A DNA stretch of 32,000 nucleotides from an uncultured Alphaproteobacteria bacterium (GTDB taxonomy: Bacteria; Pseudomonadota; Alphaproteobacteria; Rs-D84): positions 600,001 through 632,000 of the forward strand of contig OZ007020.1 of assembly GCA_963931495.1 (NCBI GenBank), in the 5' to 3' direction. Each line of letters begins with the position of its first letter. The stretch's first letter is position 1. The notes under the pieces were generated by a model. The model saw only the letters and a list, made by a program, of their open reading frames with translations, searched no databases and was not told the DNA's origin. Below, one piece after another: positions 1-8,981 of this stretch. The position numbers and the translations under genes are program-made.

Positions 1-307
1 CGGACAGACCGGCCTGGGCTTTACCACCCAGGTAACCGCCCAACACCGCGCCACCAACCGCGCCAATTGTCTGGGTTAACCCGTTGTCGCCCAGCATACT
101 GCCGGCAACACCGCCAACAATCCCACCGGCCGTTTGACCGATTTCTGTATCGTCGTCGGCAATGGTCACAGGACGTGCGCTTATTATCGTGCCACTGGAT
201 ACCGTGTTTACCGCCCCTGTGCCACTGGTGGCATAGTGATTTATGTCTAAATCAGCCCCGCATGCCGCCAGTCCCAGTGTTGTTATTAATAATAAAACTT
301 TTTTCAT
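1..307 (-). CDS. SlyB/Pcp-like glycine-zipper outer-membrane lipoprotein (3' end lies outside window)
   Basis: Runs off the left edge, so it is absent from the ORF track. The reverse complement of 1-307 translates to MKKVLLLITTLGLAAC/GADL (signal peptide plus lipobox LAAC). It continues SGTIISARPVTI...IGAVGGAVLGGYLGGKAQAG, the glycine-zipper pattern of E. coli SlyB. A GGGGGG SD lies 4 nt upstream of the ATG at 305-307. Confidence 0.75.
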   Translation of the reverse strand, partial: MKKVLLLITTLGLAACGADLDINHYATSGTGAVNTVSSGTIISARPVTIADDDTEIGQTAGGIVGGVAGSMLGDNGLTQTIGAVGGAVLGGYLGGKAQAGLS

Positions 308-335
308 TGCGCCCCCCGTGTTAGTTGTGCATTTC

Positions 336-806
336 TTAGCGTGAAAATTGCACGCGTGTGTTGTTGTGCAATACGTTCTTTAACGCCATTACTGGAATAC
401 CCGACATTGCCGAGTTGTGGTAAATACGTAATACCTTGGAATACATCAAGTTATTTGGGTTGATGATATTGCCGCGCGAATCAATTATGTTACGCAATTC
501 GTCCGTTTTCAGGGCATGGGCCAAATCCATAACCAATCCGGGATTCAGACCAGTTGATTCAAACGGATTTGCGTGTGTGGTATACGGCAAGTTATATTTT
601 GCGTGCACCTTGGTATATCCCGGCAGATTTTTGAACGATGACCATGACACAGGATTTATTTCATATATATCCCCAGATAAAACATAATCCTGGGCCGCCA
701 AAGATGTGCGACGAATCAAATCGGCATTGCGCGCATAGTATTGTGGACTTAATGTTTTCAGGCACATCGCGCGCAGTTCAAATATAGGCATTAATTTTGT
801 TTCCAT
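336..806 (-). CDS. hypothetical protein (156 aa), no recognisable motif
   Basis: ORF-track frame 336-887. The first ATG with a G-rich SD is at 806 (METKLMPIFEL...). No signal peptide. It has its own promoter candidate upstream and sits after the terminator of the upstream gene. Confidence 0.5.
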   Translation of the reverse strand: METKLMPIFELRAMCLKTLSPQYYARNADLIRRTSLAAQDYVLSGDIYEINPVSWSSFKNLPGYTKVHAKYNLPYTTHANPFESTGLNPGLVMDLAHALKTDELRNIIDSRGNIINPNNLMYSKVLRIYHNSAMSGIPVMALKNVLHNNTRVQFSR

Positions 807-845
807 GATACAACACCCCCATTGGTCTGTTAATTGCCATGTTGT

Positions 846-874
846 GTTATAGCACCCATAACGCCATTGGTCAA
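846..874 (-). promoter_or_regulatory. sigma70-type promoter candidate for ORF 336-806
   Basis: Minus strand reads TTGACC (874-869), a 17-nt spacer, then TATAAC (851-846). Confidence 0.4.
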
Positions 875-878
875 TATT

Positions 879-905
879 AAAAAACACCCCCGAATTCGGG
901 GGTGT
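879..905 (-). terminator. rho-independent terminator of the OMP gene
   Basis: Perfect 22-nt palindrome ACACCCCCGAATTCGGGGGTGT (884-905). It is followed on the minus strand by a T6 run (879-884) and lies 20 nt past the stop at 926. Confidence 0.7.
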
Positions 906-925
906 AATTCATGCATAAAAGATAC

Positions 926-1621
926 CTAGAATGTATATCTTAACCCCAGGTATACTTGGTGTGAACCATCAACGGCGATATCCATAGAATGTTCCTTGTT
1001 ATCAAATATCGTGTCCAGCATTGGGTCACCAGAATCGGCAAACGGATTTTCAAAATTTATGGTGCCATTGTTTAAGTATCTGTACCCTAAATCAATCGCA
1101 AATGCATCGGTTACATTATATGCGATACCGGCGCCAACCTGCCACGCCACGCCTGTGCCACCGGTCAGGTCCATATCGCCATCGGAAACGCTTGTCCAAC
1201 CATAACCAATACCGGCGGTTACATATGGTGTGATTGGTGTGCCTGTTTTGATGTCACCAGCCAGGTTGAACAGTGCGGTATGATTAAATATTTCCAGCGG
1301 TTCTGCATCGTCTGTTTGCAAGCCGTTGTATATGTATTCTAATTCCGCGCGGGCATTAAAATAATCGCTGGTAAAGAATGTTGCACCAACGGCGCCGCCA
1401 ACCATAAAACCACTTGTTTCCCATTCCAGGTCGTCGCGAAGGAAAGCTTTAAGTTGGTCGCCCTTCAGTTCCATAGATTCCCTTGTGAAAGAATCTACAC
1501 TCATATTCGTTTGGATGTCGTATCCACCGCGTACCGTAACATATGGATCAAATCCCACCGCGGCGTTTGCAGATGACACGGCGAAAACTGCTAATAAAGA
1601 GGTTAATAAATATTTTTTCAT
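926..1621 (-). CDS. outer-membrane beta-barrel protein (OmpA-like/opacity-porin-type 8-strand barrel family)
   Basis: Signal peptide MKKYLLTSLLAVFAVSSANA/AV, alternating hydrophobic beta-strand pattern with Gly/Tyr-rich strands, and a C-terminal ...YLGLRYTF ending in Phe. Strong SD AAAGGAGAAAAT. Confidence 0.8.
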   Translation of the reverse strand: MKKYLLTSLLAVFAVSSANAAVGFDPYVTVRGGYDIQTNMSVDSFTRESMELKGDQLKAFLRDDLEWETSGFMVGGAVGATFFTSDYFNARAELEYIYNGLQTDDAEPLEIFNHTALFNLAGDIKTGTPITPYVTAGIGYGWTSVSDGDMDLTGGTGVAWQVGAGIAYNVTDAFAIDLGYRYLNNGTINFENPFADSGDPMLDTIFDNKEHSMDIAVDGSHQVYLGLRYTF

Positions 1622-1670
1622 ATTTTCTCCTTTTTATAAATCGTGCACTGATTTTAACCAGTACGATATT

Positions 1671-1699
1671 ATTATGGAGTAAAAATTCCTGGTTGGCAA
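1671..1699 (-). promoter_or_regulatory. sigma70-type promoter candidate for the OMP gene
   Basis: Minus strand reads TTGCCA (1699-1694), a 17-nt spacer, then CATAAT (1676-1671). It directly abuts the thyA terminator. Confidence 0.5.
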
Positions 1700-1722
1700 G
1701 AAAAAACGCCCATGCGGGCGTT
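1700..1722 (-). terminator. rho-independent terminator of thyA
   Basis: Hairpin AACGCCCGCATGGGCGTT followed by TTTTTT on the minus strand, 9 nt after the thyA stop. Confidence 0.7.
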
Positions 1723-1730
1723 TCCAGAGC

Positions 1731-2684
1731 CTAGCGCGCGACATCGCCGCGTAATTTTTCATGACAGATATAATTTTTTAACTTAAATCCGCCGTTGGCC
1801 GACCAATCCAGCATGCCACGCCAATTATCATCCGGAATTTCAACCGTGGGCAATTTGTATGGCGTGCGCTTTAACTGTTCCCGAACCTGGGGGATATGAT
1901 TGGTATAGATATGTGCGTCGTGCAATTCGCCCTTTAATACGCCGGGTTTCAGATTGGCTTCTTTGGCGTATAACAGTAACAATAACGCATAACTGGCAAT
2001 GTTATATGGCACGCCCAAGAACATATCGCATGAACGCTGGGTCCAAATCAATGATACGGTGCCATCCCGTACGACCAGTTGGTGCATGACATGACATGGT
2101 GGCAATGCCATTTGCGGAATTGCCGCCGGATTCCATGCGCTGACCAATATGCGACGGTCGTTTGGATTGTTTTTTAATTTGTCTATGGCATTTTTTATCT
2201 GGTCAATGCCGGGTTTGCGGTGGTTGTAATTATCGGTTGGATCCTTGGCAATACGGATTTCGTCCCATTTATATTCACCACCGAAATGACGCCACTGGAA
2301 CCCATAAATTGGCCCCAGGTCCATTTCTTCGTCCATAATGTCGTTGCGCAGTTTTGTTTGCTGGGCCGGTGTCAGATTATAATTGCGTGATACCAGATTG
2401 TATTTTTCTTCAACCTTTATCGGATTGGCCCATTCGTCCCAAATGTGACAGTTTCTGTCTTGTAACCACTTTTTATCCGTGATGCCACGAATAAAGAATT
2501 CTAATTCAGTTGCGATGTTTTTTAATCCCATTTTTTTTGTGGTCATTAATGGAAATCCATCTGCCATATTGTGTTCAAACACCGCCCCAGATGATAACCC
2601 GATATCAGGAATGCCAGTGCGGTTATGGCGGATGTCTTTGCCATTGGTTAATATGTTGTCCAATATGTCCAAGTATGCTTGCAT
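1731..2684 (-). CDS. thyA: thymidylate synthase (long, insertion-containing ThyA form, 317 aa)
   Basis: MQAYLDILDNIL...NRTG, LMTTKK, and the active-site ALPPCH motif (LPPCHVMHQ). SAWNP and DAHIY motifs are also present. Confidence 0.95.
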   Translation of the reverse strand: MQAYLDILDNILTNGKDIRHNRTGIPDIGLSSGAVFEHNMADGFPLMTTKKMGLKNIATELEFFIRGITDKKWLQDRNCHIWDEWANPIKVEEKYNLVSRNYNLTPAQQTKLRNDIMDEEMDLGPIYGFQWRHFGGEYKWDEIRIAKDPTDNYNHRKPGIDQIKNAIDKLKNNPNDRRILVSAWNPAAIPQMALPPCHVMHQLVVRDGTVSLIWTQRSCDMFLGVPYNIASYALLLLLYAKEANLKPGVLKGELHDAHIYTNHIPQVREQLKRTPYKLPTVEIPDDNWRGMLDWSANGGFKLKNYICHEKLRGDVAR

Positions 2685-2703
2685 ATTAATTCACCTTTTT
2701 TAT

Positions 2704-2731
2704 GACACACGCGCCATGTGGCGCGTGTGTC
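2704..2731. terminator. GC-rich hairpin between thyA and tig (U-tract only on the plus strand)
   Basis: GACACACGCGCC-ATGT-GGCGCGTGTGTC forms a 12-bp stem. On the plus strand it is followed by AGTTGTTTTTT. On the minus strand (the tig direction) it is followed by ATAAAAAAGG, so there is no U-tract. Confidence 0.4.
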
Positions 2732-2740
2732 AGTTGTTTT

Positions 2741-4051
2741 TTAACGAACGTCAGCCTGTTGGAATAATTCGTTTGGTTTTACCGCTTTTTCCTTGGTCTT
2801 GACGTGGGTTAACATTGCATCCAGTGCTTTGCGTTCAAAAATCATGCCGCGCAACATTGCCAATGCGTTTTGATTTTTGTTGTAAAAATCAAATACTTGT
2901 TGCGGGTTTGGATATCTGGATGCTTCGGCCCAGATGGCGTGTTGTAAATCGTCGCGGGTGACTTCTATCTTGTTCTGGGTTCCCCATTCGGCCAGTATCA
3001 GCCCCAGTTTTACGCGGCGTTCTGCGTCGCGACGTTCTTTTTTGTCATCCCATTTGTGGTCGTGACCGCAATCGCCATCGCAATTTGCATGTTCGCGGTC
3101 GTGTTCTTGTTTGGCCATATTTAATTCTTGTTCAACCAAGTTTTCTGGCAAATCCAGTTTTATTTTATCGGCCAAGATATCTAATAATTCATTGCGCATA
3201 TCACGTTTAGATGCTTCGTCATATTGTTCGTTCAAAATATTGCGAACATGTTCACGTAACTTTTCCACGGATTCATGCCCAACAGATTTGGCCAAATCGT
3301 CATTCAGTTCCGGTAATTTGTGTTTGCGAACTTCGTGAACTTTGACCGCAAAACGTGCATCTTTGCCGGCCAGATTTTCTGCGTGATAATCAGATGGGAA
3401 TTTCACGTTTACGTCAAATTCATCGCCAGATTTATGACCAATGATTTGATCTTCAAACCCGGGGATAAATGATCCAGAACCTAAAACCAAATGGTGTTTT
3501 TCAGCGGCCCCGCCGTCAAATGCATTGTCGCCGATAAAGCCCGTAAAATCAATAACAGCCGTATCCCCATTTTGCGCGGCGTATTCTGGGGCCTGTTTTT
3601 CCGCAATGCTGCGTGATTTGCGGATGTTTTCCAATGACTTTTCAACTTCGGATTCGTCCAATTTTGTCGTCTTTTTCGTAACGGTGAATTTTTCTAAATC
3701 AATTGCCGGTAATGTTGGCAAAATGTCAAATTCCAATGAATATTCCGCATCTTGGCCCACCGCCCATTTTGACAGATCGGCCTTTGGCGAACCCGCCAGA
3801 CGAATTTTTTTGTCTGTTATGTATTGATTCAAATCTTGGTTCATTAATTTATCAATTGCTTCGGATAACGCCGATGCGTTATATTTCTGGCGCAGAATTG
3901 ACAATGGTATATGCCCCGGGCGAAATCCCGGCATTTTTGCCTTTTTGCCGTATTCAGTTAAAATTTCGTCCGCCATGTTTTGCAAGTCTGCGGCCGGAAT
4001 GACGCCAGTTACAGAATAGTGTAAATCTTTGATTTTTTCTTTTTTGAACAT
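2741..4051 (-). CDS. tig: trigger factor (ribosome-associated PPIase chaperone)
   Basis: N-terminal ribosome-binding signature GFRPGHIP, a central FKBP-type region (FIPGFEDQIIGHKSGDEFDV), and the C-terminal arm RRVKLGLILAEWG. The ATG at 4051 has the SD GGGGAAAA; the alternative ATG at 4063 adds MGKT. Confidence 0.9.
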   Translation of the reverse strand: MFKKEKIKDLHYSVTGVIPAADLQNMADEILTEYGKKAKMPGFRPGHIPLSILRQKYNASALSEAIDKLMNQDLNQYITDKKIRLAGSPKADLSKWAVGQDAEYSLEFDILPTLPAIDLEKFTVTKKTTKLDESEVEKSLENIRKSRSIAEKQAPEYAAQNGDTAVIDFTGFIGDNAFDGGAAEKHHLVLGSGSFIPGFEDQIIGHKSGDEFDVNVKFPSDYHAENLAGKDARFAVKVHEVRKHKLPELNDDLAKSVGHESVEKLREHVRNILNEQYDEASKRDMRNELLDILADKIKLDLPENLVEQELNMAKQEHDREHANCDGDCGHDHKWDDKKERRDAERRVKLGLILAEWGTQNKIEVTRDDLQHAIWAEASRYPNPQQVFDFYNKNQNALAMLRGMIFERKALDAMLTHVKTKEKAVKPNELFQQADVR

Positions 4052-4132
4052 TGTTTTCCCCATTAAAATTATGAATTGCCGAATGATTATACACAGTTTT
4101 TTTATAAACGCAATACACTTTTTTCGTAAAAC

Positions 4133-4162
4133 AAAAAAATCCGCCGGGTGGCGGATTTTTTG
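4133..4162. terminator. bidirectional-looking rho-independent terminator after rpsI
   Basis: AAAAAAATCCGCC-GGGT-GGCGGATTTTTT, with an A-run and a T-run flanking an 8-bp GC stem. Confidence 0.7.
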
Positions 4163-4174
4163 TTCGTAACAAAA

Positions 4175-4666
4175 TTAACGCTTGCTGAATTGGGTTGAAC
4201 GACGGGCCTTGTGATGACCAAAATGCTTACGTTCAACAACACGGCTGTCGCGTGTCAAGAATCCGGCCGCTTTTAATGTCGCGCGCAGTTCCGGTTCTGC
4301 TTTTTCCAGTGCCTTGGAAATACCGTGCTTTACGGCACCTGCCTGGCCCGACAGACCGCCGCCAGCAACAATTGCGTGGACATCGTATGCGGTGTCGCGC
4401 TTTGTAATTCCAAACGGCTGTGCGATAATCATTTGTAATACCGGGCGACGGAAATATTCTGCCATTGGGATTCCGTTAACAATAATCTGGCCCTTGCCCG
4501 CGATTAAGTACACGCGCGCAACAGAATCTTTACGTTTGCCCGTGGCATATGTTGCGTTTGACAACTTTACATCAGCCACCACTTTTTTTGCTGTTGTTTT
4601 TACTGGGGCCGCCTTTTTTGTTGTTTTTGCTGCTGGTTTCTTTGCAGTCTTTTTAGTTTCTGTCAT
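4175..4666 (-). CDS. rpsI: 30S ribosomal protein S9 with Lys/Ala-rich N-terminal extension
   Basis: [32 protein letters not shown] and the C-terminal RRSTQFSKR. Immediately downstream of rplM. Confidence 0.95.
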   Translation of the reverse strand: MTETKKTAKKPAAKTTKKAAPVKTTAKKVVADVKLSNATYATGKRKDSVARVYLIAGKGQIIVNGIPMAEYFRRPVLQMIIAQPFGITKRDTAYDVHAIVAGGGLSGQAGAVKHGISKALEKAEPELRATLKAAGFLTRDSRVVERKHFGHHKARRSTQFSKR

Positions 4667-5139
4667 TATTCGCCCCTTTTGTTTTTACGGTTCAGTCCCG
4701 CGAAATCAATAACAATTGGATTTTGTGCGGCATGTTTGTGTTCTGGACCCGCATATACGTGCAGTTTGGTCAAACGTTTGTTCGCCAATGCAACCGCCGT
4801 GCGGCGTCCCATCATACGCTTTACCGCGTTGTACACCAGTTTTTCTGGTTTTTCACTGCGCATCTGGCCCAGGGTGCGTTCCTTGGTGCTGCCGGTCCAC
4901 AGAGAATGCCAAAAGAATTTGGTTTTGTCCGCCTTTTTCCCAGACAGTGCAACCTTGTCCGCATTGATGATAATAACATGGTCGCCGCAATCCATGTTCG
5001 GTGTCCATGTCGGCTTGTTCTTGCCGCGCAGAATGTTTGCGGTATATGCCGCCAAACGCCCCAGCGTGCAATCGGTGGCGTCAATCAGATACCATTTGGC
5101 ATCTAATTCGCACTTTTTTAACGATTTTGTCGCTGTCAT
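4666..5139 (-). CDS. rplM: 50S ribosomal protein L13
   Basis: [32 protein letters not shown] and [12 protein letters not shown]. Its stop overlaps the rpsI start by 1 nt. Confidence 0.95.
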   Translation of the reverse strand: MTATKSLKKCELDAKWYLIDATDCTLGRLAAYTANILRGKNKPTWTPNMDCGDHVIIINADKVALSGKKADKTKFFWHSLWTGSTKERTLGQMRSEKPEKLVYNAVKRMMGRRTAVALANKRLTKLHVYAGPEHKHAAQNPIVIDFAGLNRKNKRGE

Positions 5140-5173
5140 AGTTTTTTACCTTTTTATTAAATTTTGCGGGGCT

Positions 5174-5202
5174 ATTATGCCCCAGCCCCGCAGAAAAGTC
5201 AA
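5174..5202 (-). promoter_or_regulatory. sigma70-type promoter candidate for rplM-rpsI
   Basis: Minus strand reads TTGACT (5202-5197), a 17-nt spacer, then CATAAT (5179-5174). Confidence 0.5.
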
Positions 5203-5250
5203 GAAAAATCATTATGGTATTATTATACCGCACTGTTATGTCGGCGAAAA

Positions 5251-6966
5251 TCACATTTCGTCTGGGATTTTTAATCCCATTAAATCAATTGTGGCGGCCA
5301 ATGTGTCGCGCGCAATACGGGCGATTTGTAAACGGTGGGTACGTGTGGCGTCATCCACGTCATCGCGCAAAATTGGGCAATTGTGATAAAATGTGTTGAC
5401 TGATTGACATAAATCATATGCGTAATTTGCGACTAGATCTGTTGCACGATTGTCAAATGCACTTTGTACAGTGCGTTCAAAATCCAATGTTGCAACCAGC
5501 AGATTGCGTTCTTCATCGGTTAAATTTTCAGACCGAAATTCCGTGTTTGCGGTGTCCCCTGCCCGTTTTAATATGCTGTTCAGGCGAACGGCAGTGTATA
5601 AAATGTACGGACCGGTGCGACCTTCAAAACTGGTGACAGAATCTGGGTCAAATATATAGTCAGAACGTAAATCATGCATCAAATCGTTAAACTTTAATGC
5701 CGCCAGTGCAATTGTATCAATTGTTTCAACGGGTAAATCTTTGCCTGAATCCGCAACGCGTTTCTGGACGGCAGTATTTATCATTTCAATTATATCGTTT
5801 AATCCAGCGGCGTTTCCGTCACGTGTCTTGAATGGACGGCCATCAGGGCCGTTTATTGTGCCGTATCCGATGTGTTCCATGTTTTCTGGGGGAAACAACC
5901 CGGTTAATTCAGCCACACGGAATAATTGTTCAAAATGCAGTTTTTGGCGAATATCGGTCAGGTATATAATTTTATCTGGATTGTCGGTAATTTTACGATA
6001 ATACAGTGCCATTATGTCGGTTGCGTCATATGGCACCGCACCACGCGAATTATAAAACATAACCGGTGGCATCGGTGCGGTGTCGGTATCTTTTTTTACA
6101 ACAATAACCTGGGCGCCATCACTTTCAACCAATAAATTTTTTTCGCGCAATAATTTTTCAACTGGTTCAATATACTTTGCCGCGTTACGTTCGCCCAAAT
6201 TGCGGTCAAATGGCATGATATTTAACCGTTCCACGGTTTTCATCATTGATTCCATAGATACAGGCAAAAATACGTTATACAGTGCGTTATATCCCGGGTG
6301 TCCACGCTGTAATTCCGCGGTGATTATGCGCGCATCATCCATGAATTGTTCATCTGATTTTGCCAATGCCGCGGCGGCGGGATAATATGTATCTAATTCG
6401 TCGGCCGACATTGCATATTTGCTGTAATCAGCATCAGGATTAAAATCGGGTTGAAAAAATGGCCAATCTGGATGATTCCGCTTTATCCATGCGATAACCA
6501 GCCCCATGGAACGCCCCCAGTCCCCCATGTGATTGTATGATATTGTTTTGTGGCCGATATATTTCGCAATGCGGTTTAATGTATCGCCAACAATTGACGT
6601 ACGCAGATGGCCAATGTGTAAAGATTTTGCCACATTATATGAACCATAGTCCATGTCTATTACCAGCGGGGAATCTGTTTTGATATTGTGCGGTTCGTTG
6701 GCACTGTGACAGATAAAATCGTCCCGTAATTTTATGTTGATAAATCCAGGCCCAGCAACCGATACATCAGAAATAAAGTCCAGTTCGCGTAATTTTGGTA
6801 ATATCTCTTCGGCCAATGCGCGTGGGTTTTTGCCCACAGATTTTGCCATTACCATGGCGGCGTTTGTTGAAAAGTCGCCATGTTCACGATTACGTGGAAC
6901 TTCCAAATTTGCCGAAAAACCCAATTTATCGTTTATTGATTCAGAAACGTATTTATATAAATTCAT
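5251..6966 (-). CDS. argS: arginine--tRNA ligase
   Basis: Class I HIGH motif (SLHIGHLRTSIVGD), the overall ArgS layout, and the characteristic C-terminal ...LMGLKIPDEM ending in Met. Confidence 0.95.
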   Translation of the reverse strand: MNLYKYVSESINDKLGFSANLEVPRNREHGDFSTNAAMVMAKSVGKNPRALAEEILPKLRELDFISDVSVAGPGFINIKLRDDFICHSANEPHNIKTDSPLVIDMDYGSYNVAKSLHIGHLRTSIVGDTLNRIAKYIGHKTISYNHMGDWGRSMGLVIAWIKRNHPDWPFFQPDFNPDADYSKYAMSADELDTYYPAAAALAKSDEQFMDDARIITAELQRGHPGYNALYNVFLPVSMESMMKTVERLNIMPFDRNLGERNAAKYIEPVEKLLREKNLLVESDGAQVIVVKKDTDTAPMPPVMFYNSRGAVPYDATDIMALYYRKITDNPDKIIYLTDIRQKLHFEQLFRVAELTGLFPPENMEHIGYGTINGPDGRPFKTRDGNAAGLNDIIEMINTAVQKRVADSGKDLPVETIDTIALAALKFNDLMHDLRSDYIFDPDSVTSFEGRTGPYILYTAVRLNSILKRAGDTANTEFRSENLTDEERNLLVATLDFERTVQSAFDNRATDLVANYAYDLCQSVNTFYHNCPILRDDVDDATRTHRLQIARIARDTLAATIDLMGLKIPDEM

Positions 6967-6987
6967 TTTTGTGTCCGTAATTGATTG

Positions 6988-8268
6988 CTATATTGGTAAA
7001 ACAATTCGTACTTTTAATCCACCCAGGTCACTGTTTTCCAAAAATAACTGGCCACCATGATTTTCAATGGCGGTTTGGGCAATAGACAGCCCCAGGCCAG
7101 TACCGCCGGTTTTGTCACTGCGTGCGTCGTCCAATCGTACAAATGGGCGCAGTGCATCGCGCTTTTTATCGTTTGGAATTCCAGGGCCGTCATCTTCAAT
7201 TATAATTTCTATTTGATCAGTGGTGTCTTTTTCCGTGATGCGTATTGTTTTATTGGCATATCGTGCGGCATTTTCAATGATGTTGCCAAACGCACGTGCC
7301 AGCGCCATCGGACGCGCATAAAATTGTGCCGGTTCGTCTGGGAAATCTGTTTCAATGTTTTTATCTGGGGCCGCGTCACGCGCCAGACGTATTAACATCG
7401 CGGGCAATTCTGTTGCTTGTTCAATTTCAGGCATTTCGCCACGCGCAAAAGACAGGTATCCGTTCACCATTTCTGTCATTCTGTCAATGTCGCGCAGCAA
7501 ATCTTGTTTTGTTGCCCCATCTGTCTCAACCGCCAACCGCATGCGGGTCAGTGGCGCTTTCAGGTCATGACTGACCGCGTTCAGCATATCACTGCGTGTG
7601 CGATTATAACGATTCAAGCGTTCTTTCATTGTAATCATTGCGGCGGCCGCTTCGCGGATTTCTTTGGAACCGCTGGGTTCAAATCCGGGTGCGTCCAGCC
7701 CACGACCAAAGCGACTGGCGGCCTTGGCAATTCGGCGTATGCTGCGCGTGTGCATGATAATGAACGGCGTAATTAGTATTGATACAATCAAGATAGAGCC
7801 AATCAACCATATAATAAATACTTCTGTACTGGTGGAATAAATGCGGTACAGCGATGTGCCAAATGTCGCAATCTGATTATCTTTGGTTGGTACGTCAACG
7901 AATACCAAGCGTTTGGCTTTATCAATATATATCTGGGCCGGACGCTTTAACCGACCGGACAGTTCGGTCGCCAATAACCCAGCTTCACGGGAAGAATTGT
8001 TGTTTTTGCTGGGGCGATTAAGTTTCGGGTTTACAGATATGTTTATGCCCATGTCGCGTGCCATTGTTTGCGCGGTTTGGATATCGCCATTGTCCATAAA
8101 ATTCATCATTGTGGTGATTTCAACCGCCAAACTGCGCGCCAGTGTCGCATGAACGCGCTTCCAATGGTTACCAAAAAACGCATTGGCAATTATAACCTCT
8201 GCCACTATCAGGGGTATCAGTATCATTAAAATTGTACGCCATAAAAAACTGCGTGGTGTCAATCTCAT
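6988..8268 (-). CDS. EnvZ-like sensor histidine kinase (2 TM + HAMP + HisKA + HATPase)
   Basis: H-box VSHDLKAPLTRMRL, N-box NIIENAARYA, and G-boxes DDGPGIP and GTGLGLSIA. There are two hydrophobic segments. The ATG at 8268 lies 1 nt after the regulator stop; the ORF-track start at 8310 would overlap the regulator by 41 nt. Confidence 0.85.
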   Translation of the reverse strand: MRLTPRSFLWRTILMILIPLIVAEVIIANAFFGNHWKRVHATLARSLAVEITTMMNFMDNGDIQTAQTMARDMGINISVNPKLNRPSKNNNSSREAGLLATELSGRLKRPAQIYIDKAKRLVFVDVPTKDNQIATFGTSLYRIYSTSTEVFIIWLIGSILIVSILITPFIIMHTRSIRRIAKAASRFGRGLDAPGFEPSGSKEIREAAAAMITMKERLNRYNRTRSDMLNAVSHDLKAPLTRMRLAVETDGATKQDLLRDIDRMTEMVNGYLSFARGEMPEIEQATELPAMLIRLARDAAPDKNIETDFPDEPAQFYARPMALARAFGNIIENAARYANKTIRITEKDTTDQIEIIIEDDGPGIPNDKKRDALRPFVRLDDARSDKTGGTGLGLSIAQTAIENHGGQLFLENSDLGGLKVRIVLPI

Positions 8269-8269
8269 A

Positions 8270-8935
8270 TTAATCCTGTTTTGTTGCGTTTGCGGGTGTG
8301 GATGTGTCAATTAATTTGTATCCATGTCCACGAACGGTAATAATATCTATGTTTGATAATACAATATTTAATTTGTTACGCAAGCGTTTTGCAACCATCG
8401 GTGCCGCCGGCGCAATATTGCCAACCGGATGGGTTAATTTTTTCAGTAATTTTTTTTCTTCCCCAGACAAGGCCAATAATTTTGGTTGCTGGTTTGCAGC
8501 ATGTGTATCAACAATAAAAAATTCGTTATCTGTATAAATCATGCCGCCAGGCATGCGAACGTTTGAAGTTTTGGTCGTTTTAATGATGTTGTTCAGCCGC
8601 AGAACCAGTTCGCGTAACTGGAATGGTTTCGCCAAATAATCATTTGCACCACCCGCCAGTCCGTCAATCGTGTTTTCTGGACCCGTCATCGCCGTCAGCA
8701 TAATAACCGGCGTCGTGTCACCATGTGTGCGCATCTGTTTCAAAAATGTTAAGCCATCCATTCCACCCATCATGCGGTCCAGCACAATGGCATCAATACT
8801 GGTGCGGGATAATGTCGCGGTTCCTGATTCTGCGTCGTTGGCCGTGATTACATTAAATCCTTCGTTACGTAATCCGCGCGCCAGTGTGTTGCGCAAAACA
8901 TCGTCATCGTCAATGATTAAAACAGTTCTGTTCAT
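8270..8935 (-). CDS. OmpR-family response regulator (receiver + winged helix)
   Basis: Acidic pocket IIDDDD, phospho-acceptor IVLDRMMGGMDG, and the MLTA and YLAKPF motifs. C-terminal wing TVRGHGYKLI. Confidence 0.9.
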   Translation of the reverse strand: MNRTVLIIDDDDVLRNTLARGLRNEGFNVITANDAESGTATLSRTSIDAIVLDRMMGGMDGLTFLKQMRTHGDTTPVIMLTAMTGPENTIDGLAGGANDYLAKPFQLRELVLRLNNIIKTTKTSNVRMPGGMIYTDNEFFIVDTHAANQQPKLLALSGEEKKLLKKLTHPVGNIAPAAPMVAKRLRNKLNIVLSNIDIITVRGHGYKLIDTSTPANATKQD

Positions 8936-8981
8936 TATGAAATTTTGTTGTTCTGGTTCGGAATTATATAGTGTTCCAGAA

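Noticed and set aside
5163-5192. Hairpin GCGGGGCT...AGCCCCGC considered as the argS terminator
   Set aside because: It has no U-tract on the minus strand, and it coincides with the spacer and -10 of a good rplM promoter (TTGACT-17-CATAAT).
4679-5386. 235-aa plus-strand ORF (and several shorter ones) across rplM
   Set aside because: It lies entirely antisense to the unmistakable L13 gene and the rplM promoter region. It has no SD and a Cys/Arg/Phe-rich shadow-frame composition.
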